Both the position numbers and the translations under genes were made by a program. Below, piece by piece: positions 41,701-53,700 of a DNA stretch of 64,000 nt. Source of the stretch: Nageia nagi (lineage: Eukaryota; Plantae; Pinophyta). Under the pieces are notes generated by a model. It did no database searches, was not told the origin of the DNA, and worked only from the letters and a program-made list of their open reading frames with translations. How positions within the stretch are numbered: position 1 is the first letter of the stretch; each line of letters opens with the position of its first letter. Where the stretch lies: assembly GCA_050084985.1 (NCBI GenBank), contig JBITNC010000001.1:150846001-150910000 (forward strand), given 5' to 3'.

Positions 41701-44700
41701 TATCAAGAAGGCTGACATCATATCAATAGGGCCTCTAACCCCTGGATCTGATAGAACAATGAAGACAAGCCACTCTCCCTCAAGCTTGGATGCACTGCTA
41801 TAGAGCTCCCACACCTGGATACCACAGAAATAGAAGTGTAACCTCGGAATACCATCGGATGGACTAAGATGCTACATCTCAATCTAGATCTAGAGATATC
41901 TCACTCCTCTAAACCCTCCCTTGTGTTGCACAAGAGGAATAATGGCATTGCGCCAATCTCTCTCCAAGAGTAGACTAGAAGATAGAATCAACAAGACTCT
42001 CTAGTGTGCATGCTACTGTAATATTCCCAAATTTTGGCATCTCAATCACATTGGCACAAAGAAGTGGGACGTTCACCCTCACTATGCTCATTTAGCTATT
42101 TAGAGATATTTTAGTAGTTTTAGAGTAAATTTGGGAATATTGTAATATTCTTGACAATATTAAAGTCCTTTTCCTTGTAAAGTTCCACTTGGAGGCTCTC
42201 CAACATGGGATGTCGGACTCTAGGAGTCATAAATTGTTATTTTAATTAGCTTTAAGTGTGTAATTATGTGGGCCACTTAAGGATGTCAAATAAATATCGT
42301 AATTTATAATACCAAGGCGAAATTATAATTGTAAATGCAATAATAGTCTCCAACACCAGTGGTCTTCCAGGTTGAGGGTTCCTCTTGGCCAACTTCAAGT
42401 TTGCTCACACCAGCTTCATATCGAGACTAACCATCATATCCCTCGAACGGATAGGACCTACCGCCTTTGTTCTCTACAGGAGATAGAGAACGAGGAGCAC
42501 CTAATCTTCAAATGCCCCATCTACTATGAGATCTGGGGGTGATATTACTACTTATTCAAAGAGTCTCGAGGCTCGGTATCCACCTTCTTTCGCTACCCCA
42601 ACCAGAGATGTCTAGCACTCTTCGTGCGTGAGATTACTCTTTTCAAGCGAGCATCCTTAACAGAGATCTGCGAAGGCCCCCCTAACCACCAGGTTGATCA
42701 ATTCTTTCTTCCAACCTACCTCGGGTCTCGCATATAGGAAACGCCCTCTAAATGGTGCTCTTCCGCATACCCACGAGCTCAGGTCGACACAACGTCGTCT
42801 TGCCCCTTAGACCGCTACCAGATAGTCACAGCTCGGACAACAGATGTACATCACTGGCTTTTTCTCCTGCATGAATGTTCCTTCAGTCTTAGATGTTGAG
42901 AGAGACTCACGAGCCTTGCTTAGCGCTTCCAAACTAGGGCCCTCTGTACCTGGAGTGATTGGATCTACATTTGATGATTGAGGATGTTGGTCCTTTTGGT
43001 TTCTCGATGCATTGTAGCATAACTTTAGTGCTTCTTGCTTTTGCTTTTTCGGTTTTTGGTGTTTCTCACCCCTACATTTCCTGCATTTAGCTAGATTATA
43101 CTTTTCAAGTCCCATTGACCTATTTTGGTCACCCGAGGACATTAATATTTTTTCTATTTCTATTTCTCCCCAAGTGAGATGTTGCATATCTAGGCCTTGA
43201 TGAGTTTTAATTTGGCACCTCGAGGCACTTAGATGTCTCTCAATGTAATTTCTCTTGGTTGGACACATCACCAGAGGTAGAGTATGGCAATTCCAAGAAG
43301 ATGACACTAATCCCAATGCATAGAAGACACCAAGAGGGAGGTATGGCACCTAGAAGAACTATTTTGCACCATTATATGAGTTTACATGGATCCCGAGACA
43401 CTCCAAGATGTGATGTTTCACCCCTTGGGTGAATCTGGACCCTACAACTTAATCCTAATCATCCCTAGGTTGGCGCAAGAACGAAAAAGCATCCAGAGAC
43501 TATAAAAGAAGCCTTGGATTCATTTGGATATGCTTGTTTGGATTAATTCTCTCCTCTCCAAGATGTTGGTGTCGGCTACATCCTTTGCCTCATGTGGACG
43601 AAAACTCACAAGGGAGGTTCCCAAATCTAGCGAAGTCTCAGGGCTATATGGATCACTACTTTGAGGGTTAGCACACCTCAAAGGACCAGCTAGATACCCA
43701 AAGGTGTTGGCATTACCTTGGATTATCTAACATTGCTAGAGGGACCCTAGTTTCTCTGCCACGGTTGAGGAGTAGGAAGCTTTGGTGAAAGCCTTGCCAC
43801 TACTATGGGACAATCCTGGTGCTTTTCTTACAGTTTTCAGTATTTCAAGAGGATCTTCATGTAGGACATCATTGCTCTAGATCAGAGGCATGTAATTCAG
43901 TTCTCCATTGCTATATTATTCAAAAATACATTTTGTGGCTCATTATTTAATGTTATTTTGTGAGTTTGGCCCTAGTAGCCTAGATGTTGTATGATTAAGG
44001 ATAAAATGTCAAGTTTTGCACTTAATTGCTAGTTGTTGGATTATTGTTGTTGAGATCTTGCCTCTCTAGCTAGTCATTGGATTTGTGGATGCTTAATTGT
44101 TGAGTTTATGCACTTGAGGTTGGAGGTTGGATCATCCTTGACCTAGACGTTGGGTTCTTGCTTGTTATTTAGCACCTTGAGGCTAGATGTTTGAATTTTC
44201 AATGATTGAATAGGGCATTTTTGGTGATTTAAGTGCATAAACGACTTAATTGGAAATTTTGGTGAATTTTAATTATTTTTGTGAGCCCCTTTGGCACAAT
44301 TTCGGATTGGACCTAGTCCAAAAAACTACACCTACCTTTATGTGACTGGACGTCCCAATGGGATGCTTAGATCCCACCTCAGAATCCACACAATCATGCC
44401 TAGATGCAATAACTATCACTAAACTATCTCAAAGAGGGAGACGTTTCATATTGGGCTCACAATTGATCCCTTGGACCTGTAAGTCTCCTATCTCGAGATA
44501 TCATTAATACATAAGGACTTCTAATTGCATATTTGCAACTAAATACAAAGCATCATCCCAAGACTAGGGACATCTCATACCTAGAGACGATGATATGCTA
44601 AATCATTCCTAACATTACAAAGGATGCATTAATTGCAATTAGGCGCTCCTCCAAAGGAAGCATCTCATTTCAAGTGGTCTACATTTATGTTCAAACAAAT

Positions 44701-47700
44701 GGAATTCCAAGAAAACAGAGATTGCAGTACAGAAGTTAACTGATATAGTGCTCCTTGTTGTACTTTCAGGGTTTTGGCCCTTTTTGTAGCGTAATGTAGA
44801 TCTTGTTTCTTTATGCTTTTAGCTTTAGTGGGGATCAGCCTAGACCCCAAATTGCTGTCACACGTACTTTGTATACTCCAGTCCCATCGAACACTTTTGG
44901 TCATCCGTGGACATTAATATAGTTTCTCTCTTTCTTTCACCAAAGGTATTGACTTGGAGGAAATACTCCTCCAAGATGTGGATGGATGATAGAGAACCTA
45001 TTGAAACATGGAAGGATATTGTTGGTTCTCTTTGCCTTGAGTTCTCATCAAAGAAATATCTTGAGGATCAATACATTAAGCTGAATGCCTGCAACAGAAG
45101 CGAGAACAATATGTGACTAACTGCAAACTCGGCGGGAAAGTAGGAGGAAGAGGAAGGTGCTTGTGCAAGAATCGCGGCTAAAGAGTTCGTGGACAGAGTC
45201 ATGGCTTCAGGCCCAGGGGGTCTCTCTGATCCCCCGAACTCATTTGATCACCCCACTCCAAACAAGACCCAGGTAGCTAGTAATGATGGTGGGGCTGCAG
45301 TCAGTCAACGTCCAAAACCCTCTTTTAGGGATGCGCTTCGAAACAAGAATCCTTCCACCCAGCGCTCCTCTACTTCTAAACCATTCTATAACCGCATCCG
45401 CCAAGCCCCTCACGACCCCAACAGGAATGAAAATGGCTGCTTAAAGGCGGCAGACGGTACACCGCGGGTGGAAATCAGGAGCTCACGAGTTAGTAGTGGC
45501 CTTCAAATGCTGGCGAAACAGGGTCTCATCTGACGTTTTCTCGGTGCTCGTATTCCTCCCAACGTCATTGAAGCCTGGGTCGATAGAACTTGGAACACTA
45601 AGGGTAGTGTTACAGTGAGCCACTACTCTCACGGTTATTTCTTAGTCACATTTGCCACAGAGGAGGATAGAGATTCTATTTTTCAAGGCGGTCCCTGGTT
45701 CCATGGACGAGCTGGGTTATTTATGAAGCCATGGCACCCAGGATTCAAACCTTGCGAAGAAACCCCTTCTGTTGCACCTGTCTGGGTGAGGTTGCCTGAC
45801 TTCCCTCCAGAGTTCTGGTATGAAGAAGTATTTGCTCAAATTGGAGACACCATTGGGGAGTACCTCTTAACCTCGGATCGCACCTTGGAATGTAAGTCCA
45901 CTTCTTACGCCCGCGTTTGTATCCAACTCGATCTCCAATCCCTATTGCCAGCCCAAGTTTCTGTTGTCTTCCCAGATGAAGATTTAGTGCTGGATCAGAT
46001 AGTAGATTATGAAAACATTCCGTTCAGATGCAGAGTTTGCGCGGCCTATGGACACCTCGCCGGTAGCTGCCCCCATGCCATGCCGTCACAGCCCATTCCT
46101 GCAACAACAACAGAAGGCTTCCAGCAACCCAAACGCCGATCAACCCAAGGTAAGGGCCCTGTTCATACACCTAACTCAGCTTCCTCTCAATGCACATATA
46201 CACATCTCTCTCAACCCTCAAGTTCCCATCCCCAAGTTCAAGATGCTAATCCTTTTAGCTGCCTTCAAAATGAAGAGAATCTTGAGCTCTTGAACCCACC
46301 AGTCATTCCTGAGGAGCCCCCTAGTCTTAATCCTGATAATCTTACACATCCCAGCTCCCCAATCACCAACCCTTTATTCTCCCCACTTATCGTTTCTTCT
46401 CTGTCAACCGAACCAAAAACCAATCTAGTAACCTCCACTCCTCTTCAGGAGATAGACCAAAATATGGAAGACGCCCAACAAACTGACCCTAGTTTCGGTA
46501 ACCATCTCAGTACCAAGATGCCAATAGGCAACCTTCAATCCAACACACGCCTGCTTAACAAATTAGTCCCTCCTCTGAAGCAAACACCCAATAGTCTAAA
46601 AGCCCCTAACTCTGGTATCCAAAAACGGAAAGGGAGAAAGTCAGCTCAAGCTTCTATCCAGCAACTATCTCAAGAGGACATCGAGGAGGGCTCCCAGTTC
46701 CAAATTGATACTCTACTAGAAGCTAAACGGCTTCAATCAGTCCCCCAATGAAGATAATCACATGGAATACACGGGGCCTCCATTCCCCCGACATAATTGG
46801 AATGGCCAAACTCCTAGTACAGAAGGAACGACCTGCCATCCTCTTGACTCAAGAGTCTAAAACAGCTGATAAAGATCTGAGTAGGATCATAAATAAATTT
46901 TGGCCCCAATGCGAAATAATTTCCAGTCAAGCTTCTGGGCAATCAGGCGGCATGCTCATTCTATGGAACAGCACCCAAGTAGATTGTAAGCCATTACTGA
47001 TCAACCGTCACTGGATGGTTGCCATTGTAAGGTGTCTTGCAACAGGTCTACTGTTTGGCATAGTCAATGTCTATGGTCCTCAACCTACTGATCAGAAAAG
47101 AGATCTTTGGAAACAAATCGACTCCTGGTTGGCCTCACATTTCTGACACTCCATGGATTTTAGGGGGGATTTCAACGCTATCAGGAATCTATCTGAAAAA
47201 CAAGGAGGTACTATGCAACTGGACCCCAGCATAGATGATTTCAATTCTTTCATAAATGACCAGCAATTATATGAGCCTCCAAGCACCAATGGTCTCTACA
47301 GCTGGACCAACAAAAGGAAGGATAACAAAGCAATTTTTGAAAAGCTTGATCGTTTTTTAGTCACAATGTCTTGGCTAGAACAAGAACATATTTTGCAAAC
47401 AGAAGTCCTCCCTTATGGAGGCTCAGATCATTGGCCAGTGGCTTTAACCTGGGAGACTTTCTCCAATCCAAAGGCTTCTCCTTTTCGCTTCCAGAAGATG
47501 TGGCTCAATCACCCTTCCTTTGATGATCTTGTTGAACAATGGTGGCTGGAGGAAAGTCATGTGTATGGTACAGCAATGTTCACCTTTTCCACTAAGTTGC
47601 AAAGGCTCAAAACTAAATTGAAACTGTGGAACAAATCCTCCTTTGGAGAAGTAACAATGACTATTGCAAATCTGGAAGAGGAACTCCGACACACCCAGCT

Positions 47701-50700
47701 CCGATTGATACATCAGCAGGACTCCCAGGTAGTAGATCAGGAACGCCAACTACTCCAACGTCTTCAACAAGCCTACCTTAATGAGGAAACTCTTTGGAAG
47801 CAGAAATCTAGAATCCAATGGCTTAAGGAAGGAGACAAAAACACACGTTACTTCCACCTCTCAACCATGGCTCATCGTTCTAACAATAGAATATCAACCC
47901 TAGTAAATTCAGCAGGTCTTACAATCTCCAATCCTGATGAATTGGATAACCACATTGTGTCTTACTTTCATTCCCATCTTAATGAAACTAGTGAACACAG
48001 ACATGAAGCCCAAGAGCAACTCCTCCCTCTCATTCCCAAGTTGATTTCTGAGGAGCAAAATAGTATTCTTGTGAAGCCTATCAGTGAGGAGGAAGTGAAA
48101 AAGGCTCTTTTTCATTTAAAACCTTTTGGAGCACCGGGCCCAGATGGTTTCCCTCCTGGGTTTTTCCAAAATTTTTGGTTCCTTCTCAAAGAGGAATTGG
48201 TGGCAATAATGATAGAATCATTCACTTCTAGGAAAATGCTTCAGAGACTCAACCATACCTTCCTGGCTCTCATTCCTAAGACCAAAGATGCCAAGTCTAT
48301 ATCAGCCTTTCGACCAATCTCATTATGCAACTCAGTTTACAAGTTAATATCCAAGGTTGCAGCCAACCGTCTCAACACAGTTCTTCCCTCTATCATATCA
48401 GAGGAACAAAAAGCGTTTGTCAAAGGACGCCAAATCCTTGATGGAGTCGTCCTCATCCATGAGCTCATTCATTCAGTTAATAGGCACCAAAGTAAAGGAC
48501 TGCTTCTCAAGTTGGACATGACAAAGGCATTCGATCAAGTAAATTGGGACTTCCTATTCCAGATAATGAGGAAGTTTGGCTTTCAAGAGCATTGGCTTCA
48601 GTGGATTCTCTCATTGATCAAAGCACCCCACTTTTCTGTCCTAATTAATGGAGAATCGAGAGGTTACTTCAGAAGCTCAAGGGGCCTTCGCCAAGGTGAC
48701 CCCTTGTCACCCTACCTGTTCATCATTCTTGCTGAAGTCATTGGGAGAGGAATGAAACACTTACAGTTGGCTGGCAAAATACATGGTCTGCACATATCTA
48801 GCAATGCCCCTCCAGTCACTCATTCTCAGTTCGCTGATGACACTCTCCTGGCAATCTCCCCCCTGAAACATGAACTCAAGCACCTCCTAAACTTCCTTCA
48901 AGTATATGAGCAAGCCTCAGGCCAAGCAATCAACAGACAAAAATCAAAAATATATGGTCTTAACATCTCAGAACGGTTCCTCTCCCATATCAGCGAGTGG
49001 TCCGGTATGACCAAGGAAAATCTCCCAAGCACTTATTTAGGTATGCCTTTAGTTCAAGGGGGAAAGTTTGGGCCCTTCTGGGACTCTCTCATAGACAAAA
49101 TGCAAAATAAAATGAACACTTGGAAGGCAAGGTGGTTATCCACAGCAGGACGTCTCACTAAAATCAAAGCTATCTTAGGAGCAATCCCTGTTTATTGGTT
49201 CGCCATTTTCTGGTTTCCCCAAAAGATCATTGTAAGAATGGAGACTCAAATACGCAACTTCCTTTGGCACGGTGTATCAGAGATCCGAAAAATCCATCTG
49301 GTTGCTTGGGACACTGTATGTCGTCCAAAACAAGAGGGAGGACTGGGCATCAGAAGACTCCATCATATGAACCTTGCTCTTCTAGGCAAATTCTCCTGGA
49401 GGATTTATACTAATCATTCCTGCTGCTGGAGCCAAGCAATACGCGGCAAATACCTTGATAGCCTTGAACCGGAGAGACTCTTCACTGTTGCGGATACACC
49501 ATGGGGCTCCCCCATTTGGAATGGTATACGCAAAGCTCGTCTCTTTGTGTTGAAACACCTACGGTGGAAGATCGGCTCAGGATTAAAGGTAGATTTTTGG
49601 GATGATGCTTGGTTACTCACAATTCCCTTAGCTTCCGTACCACTCCTTCAACCACTTCAGTATCATCTGCGACAAGAATGGGGTGATAAAGTCATCAATT
49701 ATTGGTCATGGGCTACCGATTCGGGTAGAAGAGTGAAACACTGGAATAACTCACGCACAATTCCCCCTCACTTAACTCAGGAATATAACATTCTTCTAGC
49801 TATGCTCGCGAGACACAACCTACAAGGCGATGACCTAAGCGACAACCTAATCAGCTCCCTCACTCCATCGGGTAGCTACTCTGTTAGTTCAGCTTATAGT
49901 ACTCTTGCTCAGGGTCATCCTTCAAACTTCCCCCCTCAAGTCTGGCAACGGATATGGAAATCCAATGCCTGGCCAAAAGCAAAATTTTTCCTTTGGCTTG
50001 TTGTTCACAATAAGTTTTTATCCTGGGAACAACTACTGAAGCGAGGATGGACAAGGCCGAGTCGATGCATACTCTGTGGCGAAGAGGAGGAGACAGGGCA
50101 CCACCTGCTAATCACATGCTCATTCTCTAGTCAATTGTGGCAGCTTCTTTCAGCCCACCTAGGCATCCACTGGTCTCCACCTCTGTCTATCGGGTCCTTG
50201 ATTCTGAATTGGTTTACTAAAAACAAATGTAAAGCGTATAAAATCCTCTGGTACTCTGCTCCAGCAATGTTGACATGGACACTGTGGCTTGAGAGAAATA
50301 ATCATACTTTCAACAACCAATTTACTTCAATGGACAGATTATGGAAAAAACTAGATCAACAACTCACGCTCATATTGGATTCTGCTATCTCAATTCAGTC
50401 CCTGCCCACTGCTGACCTAACCGAGCTCTCTTCATGGCACACTATTTTGCAGATATAGCAATCCTCCCAACAAATTGATCCACCATGCAGCTACTCAGAC
50501 GTCGATCTCCAGCAGGCAGAGGTTGTTCACCTACCTAAACGTCAAGCTCCAACAGACAGAGAGGACAGTTCTCCTATGCCTAAACACTCACGGCTCACCT
50601 AGCTTAGTCAGCATAGTCCGAGCTCTGTTTCGTCGTCCATCTCCGACTTCAAGTTTTTCAGTTTTTCTCTTGCTTTCTACATGGAACGCATTGTAATGAA

Positions 50701-53700
50701 AAGCCAATCTAACTTCAGACGAGCTCCAGAAACAAACTTTAGATGAGCTCCAGAAAGCGTCTAGCACCAGAAAGCGTCTAGCTCCAGAAAGCGTCTAGCA
50801 CCAGAAAGTCTAGCACCAGGAAGTCTAGCACCAGAAACGAGCTCCAGAAACGAGATCCACAGACGAGCTCCAGAAACGAGCTCCAGAGACGAGCTTACTG
50901 CATATGCTCCAGGGGGGCCCTATCAGTGACCTTAGTATTCATACTGGTAGTCATAGTAATCTTAGAGGTTTGATTCAGTATTTTGTACAGCATGTCTAAC
51001 TGTGCTCACTGTAGCTTCCATAAGCTTGACATGTCTTTCAGATTCCTTTGCTGAATTGGCAGTAATGGCCATTATGTAATTTTGTCGAACTAGTTAATCA
51101 ATAGAATTTATTTACTTACCAAAAAAAAAAAAATATGTGACTAACTGCACTTATGAGTTCCACGCCTTACCCATCAAGCTAGGTCTCTCCAACAACGAGG
51201 TGTAGATCTTTTAAATTTTGTAGTAGGCTAAGTGCTAAAGCACAAAAATCCAGAAGGAGTTTCTTGCTATTTCCACTTTGAGAGATACGTTCCAATTTGA
51301 TTGCAAAGATTGAAGAGAATATCCTACCCAAGAATCAAAATGATGACTCAAAAGGAATGCGTGCTTTGAGAAGACTGTAAACTCTTAGAAAATCTACCTC
51401 TTGAAAGAAAACTGGAAACAACAGACAAAAGGAGAATAACAAGTGCAAAAGTGACAAGTAGCAGCAGCTTGAAAGCCTAAGGAGTGATTACTATACATCT
51501 TCTTATCAGTCAATATTGTTCCCACAAAAATTTATTTCTGCGGCAATTTAGAGTCAAAGCCTGATGATGTAAAAGGAAAGGTGGTTGTGAAACTGATGAT
51601 GTACAGGAAAGACTCTTTCATTCACAGTTCTGGGTTCAAGAAAATCCCCTAATTTATTGTTGATAATAGAAGTAAAAAAACAATCTGATTGCTGCAAAGA
51701 CTGTCAAGAAACTAAATTTCAAGACAGTTACATGTCCTCAACTACAGTGTGTTGGTTGCAGCAAGGGCAGCAGAACAAAGTTTCCCAAAGTGTACACTAC
51801 CTTATACAATGAAGCCCTTCAGAGACAATGTGAATTTTGATGTGGCACGTATTTATGTGGTGATATATTGCTTGTAAAGTCCTATATGTATGACAGGTAC
51901 GGAATTTGAAATGTGGCCTCAATTCATCATTGTTCTATTGGACATATATGCTACAGAGTTCCACAGCACTAAGTCTCTTAATAATTCCATGTTCTAGATG
52001 ATATGGGTTCCACTTGACCATCCCTTTGACTTTCACAACCACACGGTGATGGTAAAGAGCGCAACAGTACACTTTGCATGTCCATGACCTATACTGTCCC
52101 AAGGTCACCGACCAATCATATTTATGAATAGCAGCTAGATATTTAAACCTTGAGACAAATACTCACCGAACAAAGTCTAATATATAATTACTCACCTATT
52201 GTAATTATCCACATCCCTACCAGTTACATAGACACCACAAGTGTATTTAAAGTACACCACACATGTTGCCTCTCAGGTAATCAATTTGTATAATGAAATT
52301 TCACATCGGTACATCACTTTGTATACAAATTGCATGTCCCAATTTGTGTAGTTGTTGTTCTTTGTTGCCCACAAGATCTCCAGAGGTTTGGATCATCTAT
52401 TTACCAATGTTGACAGCTAATAGAGATGTTGAGACAGTAATGATAACAAGTCTATGAGTACAAACAAAGAATAACAGCCATATAGCATCCTATGTTTGAA
52501 AAACAAAAAGCCTATTTTGCAATGATTGAAAAATACCAATATGCAATGATTGGAGATTACCAATAAAGAATATGTTTATCCTGAATATGAAAGGTCCTCT
52601 GCACATTTGGTCCTATAGACCTAATGACCTAACTTTTGCTTTAACTAACATCAGATAGTATCTATGATCGAAGAAGAAAGTGTGAGGATCATGCCCACAA
52701 GGTGATGGGTTATAATTTTATTTTTACCATAGGAACATTTCACATGCAAGACATAAGGTAGAGTACTAAATGACAGAAGTCCACATCAAAGTAATATGTA
52801 TAATTACAAAGTTGGAGTATTTCACACATAGGACTAAAACCTACTTATGGCTAAACATCCTTTCAAGTCAAAATTCTCTTTCATCTAAATTCCTACTAAC
52901 TTGAATTCCTTAGTGAAAAGAAAACTAATGAGATGCTAGCTCAAAGAAAGCTCAAATCTAGGTCTTTAAAACTAGAGAAATTCACTTGAATCCCTCTCTT
53001 CAACAGGACTTAGATACTAGTCAATATTATGAATCTACATATTTACAAAGAAAAGTTCCTTAAATTGTAGCTAGAGACCACTAGTCACCAAATAAAGGTG
53101 TAAAAATTTCAGTGATAAGAAATCAAGTAAGCATGATAAAATATAACGAGAACCTACAAGAACAAAAAAATTTATTATGCAAAGATAACTCTGCCAAAAG
53201 ACAACAAAAAGACTTGACAGTTCACTCTATTATGTACTTTGATCAAGATGTATGTAGAGATTTAATAGATTTCCCTACTTGAAAATAAGTTCAGAATAAC
53301 ATTCCCTTTGGAAAATATTACAATTGTACAATGGCATAATATTTACTACCATCTTCTATGCAGAATGAAGATGAGGTGTCAGTTACCTTTCCAACATCAT
53401 TTCTACCTAGATCAACAAGCATGATGTGTTCAGCACATTCCTTTTCATCATTTAATAACTCCTTTTCCAGCATTTTATCATCTGTCTCTGTCTTGCCCCT
53501 CCTCCTTGTACCAGCAAGTGGACGATTAACTACTTTCCCCTGCCAAATTATTATTATTATTTGTATGTTATGGCCTACAAAGATAACAATTCTGCAACCT
53601 CACTGATAATTTTAAATGCAGATGTTGGTATAATTTGACACCCATAGTAGGCCACCAAATATTTATTTAATGTAACCAGCATGTTACTTTCTACATGTAT

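Larger units (their letters stand above)
41502..44619. mobile_element. LTR-like remnant hosting nested insertions
   Basis: 7-bp inverted termini TGTAATG...CATTACA; no TSD, PBS or PPT recognised. Confidence 0.35.
45126..51131 (+). mobile_element. Full-length L1-clade LINE, about 6.0 kb, antisense to the host gene
   Basis: Perfect 18-bp TSD AATATGTGACTAACTGCA (45108-45125, 51132-51149); poly(A) at 51121-51131; ORF1 plus ORF2. Confidence 0.97.
44900..51950 (+). pseudogene. Decayed Ty3/gypsy gag-protease remnant, split by the L1 insertion
   Basis: [29 protein letters not shown] before the TSD continues as [18 protein letters not shown] after it; protease-like LFHSQFWVQ...[11 protein letters not shown] at ~51610-51720. 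Confidence 0.55.

Noticed and set aside
42807-43349. 180-aa minus-strand ORF
   Set aside because: Spans the LINE-tail/LTR junction antisense; a chance chimera.
47092-49620. Short antisense and alternative-frame ORFs within L1 ORF2
   Set aside because: Shadow ORFs of a long coding region.
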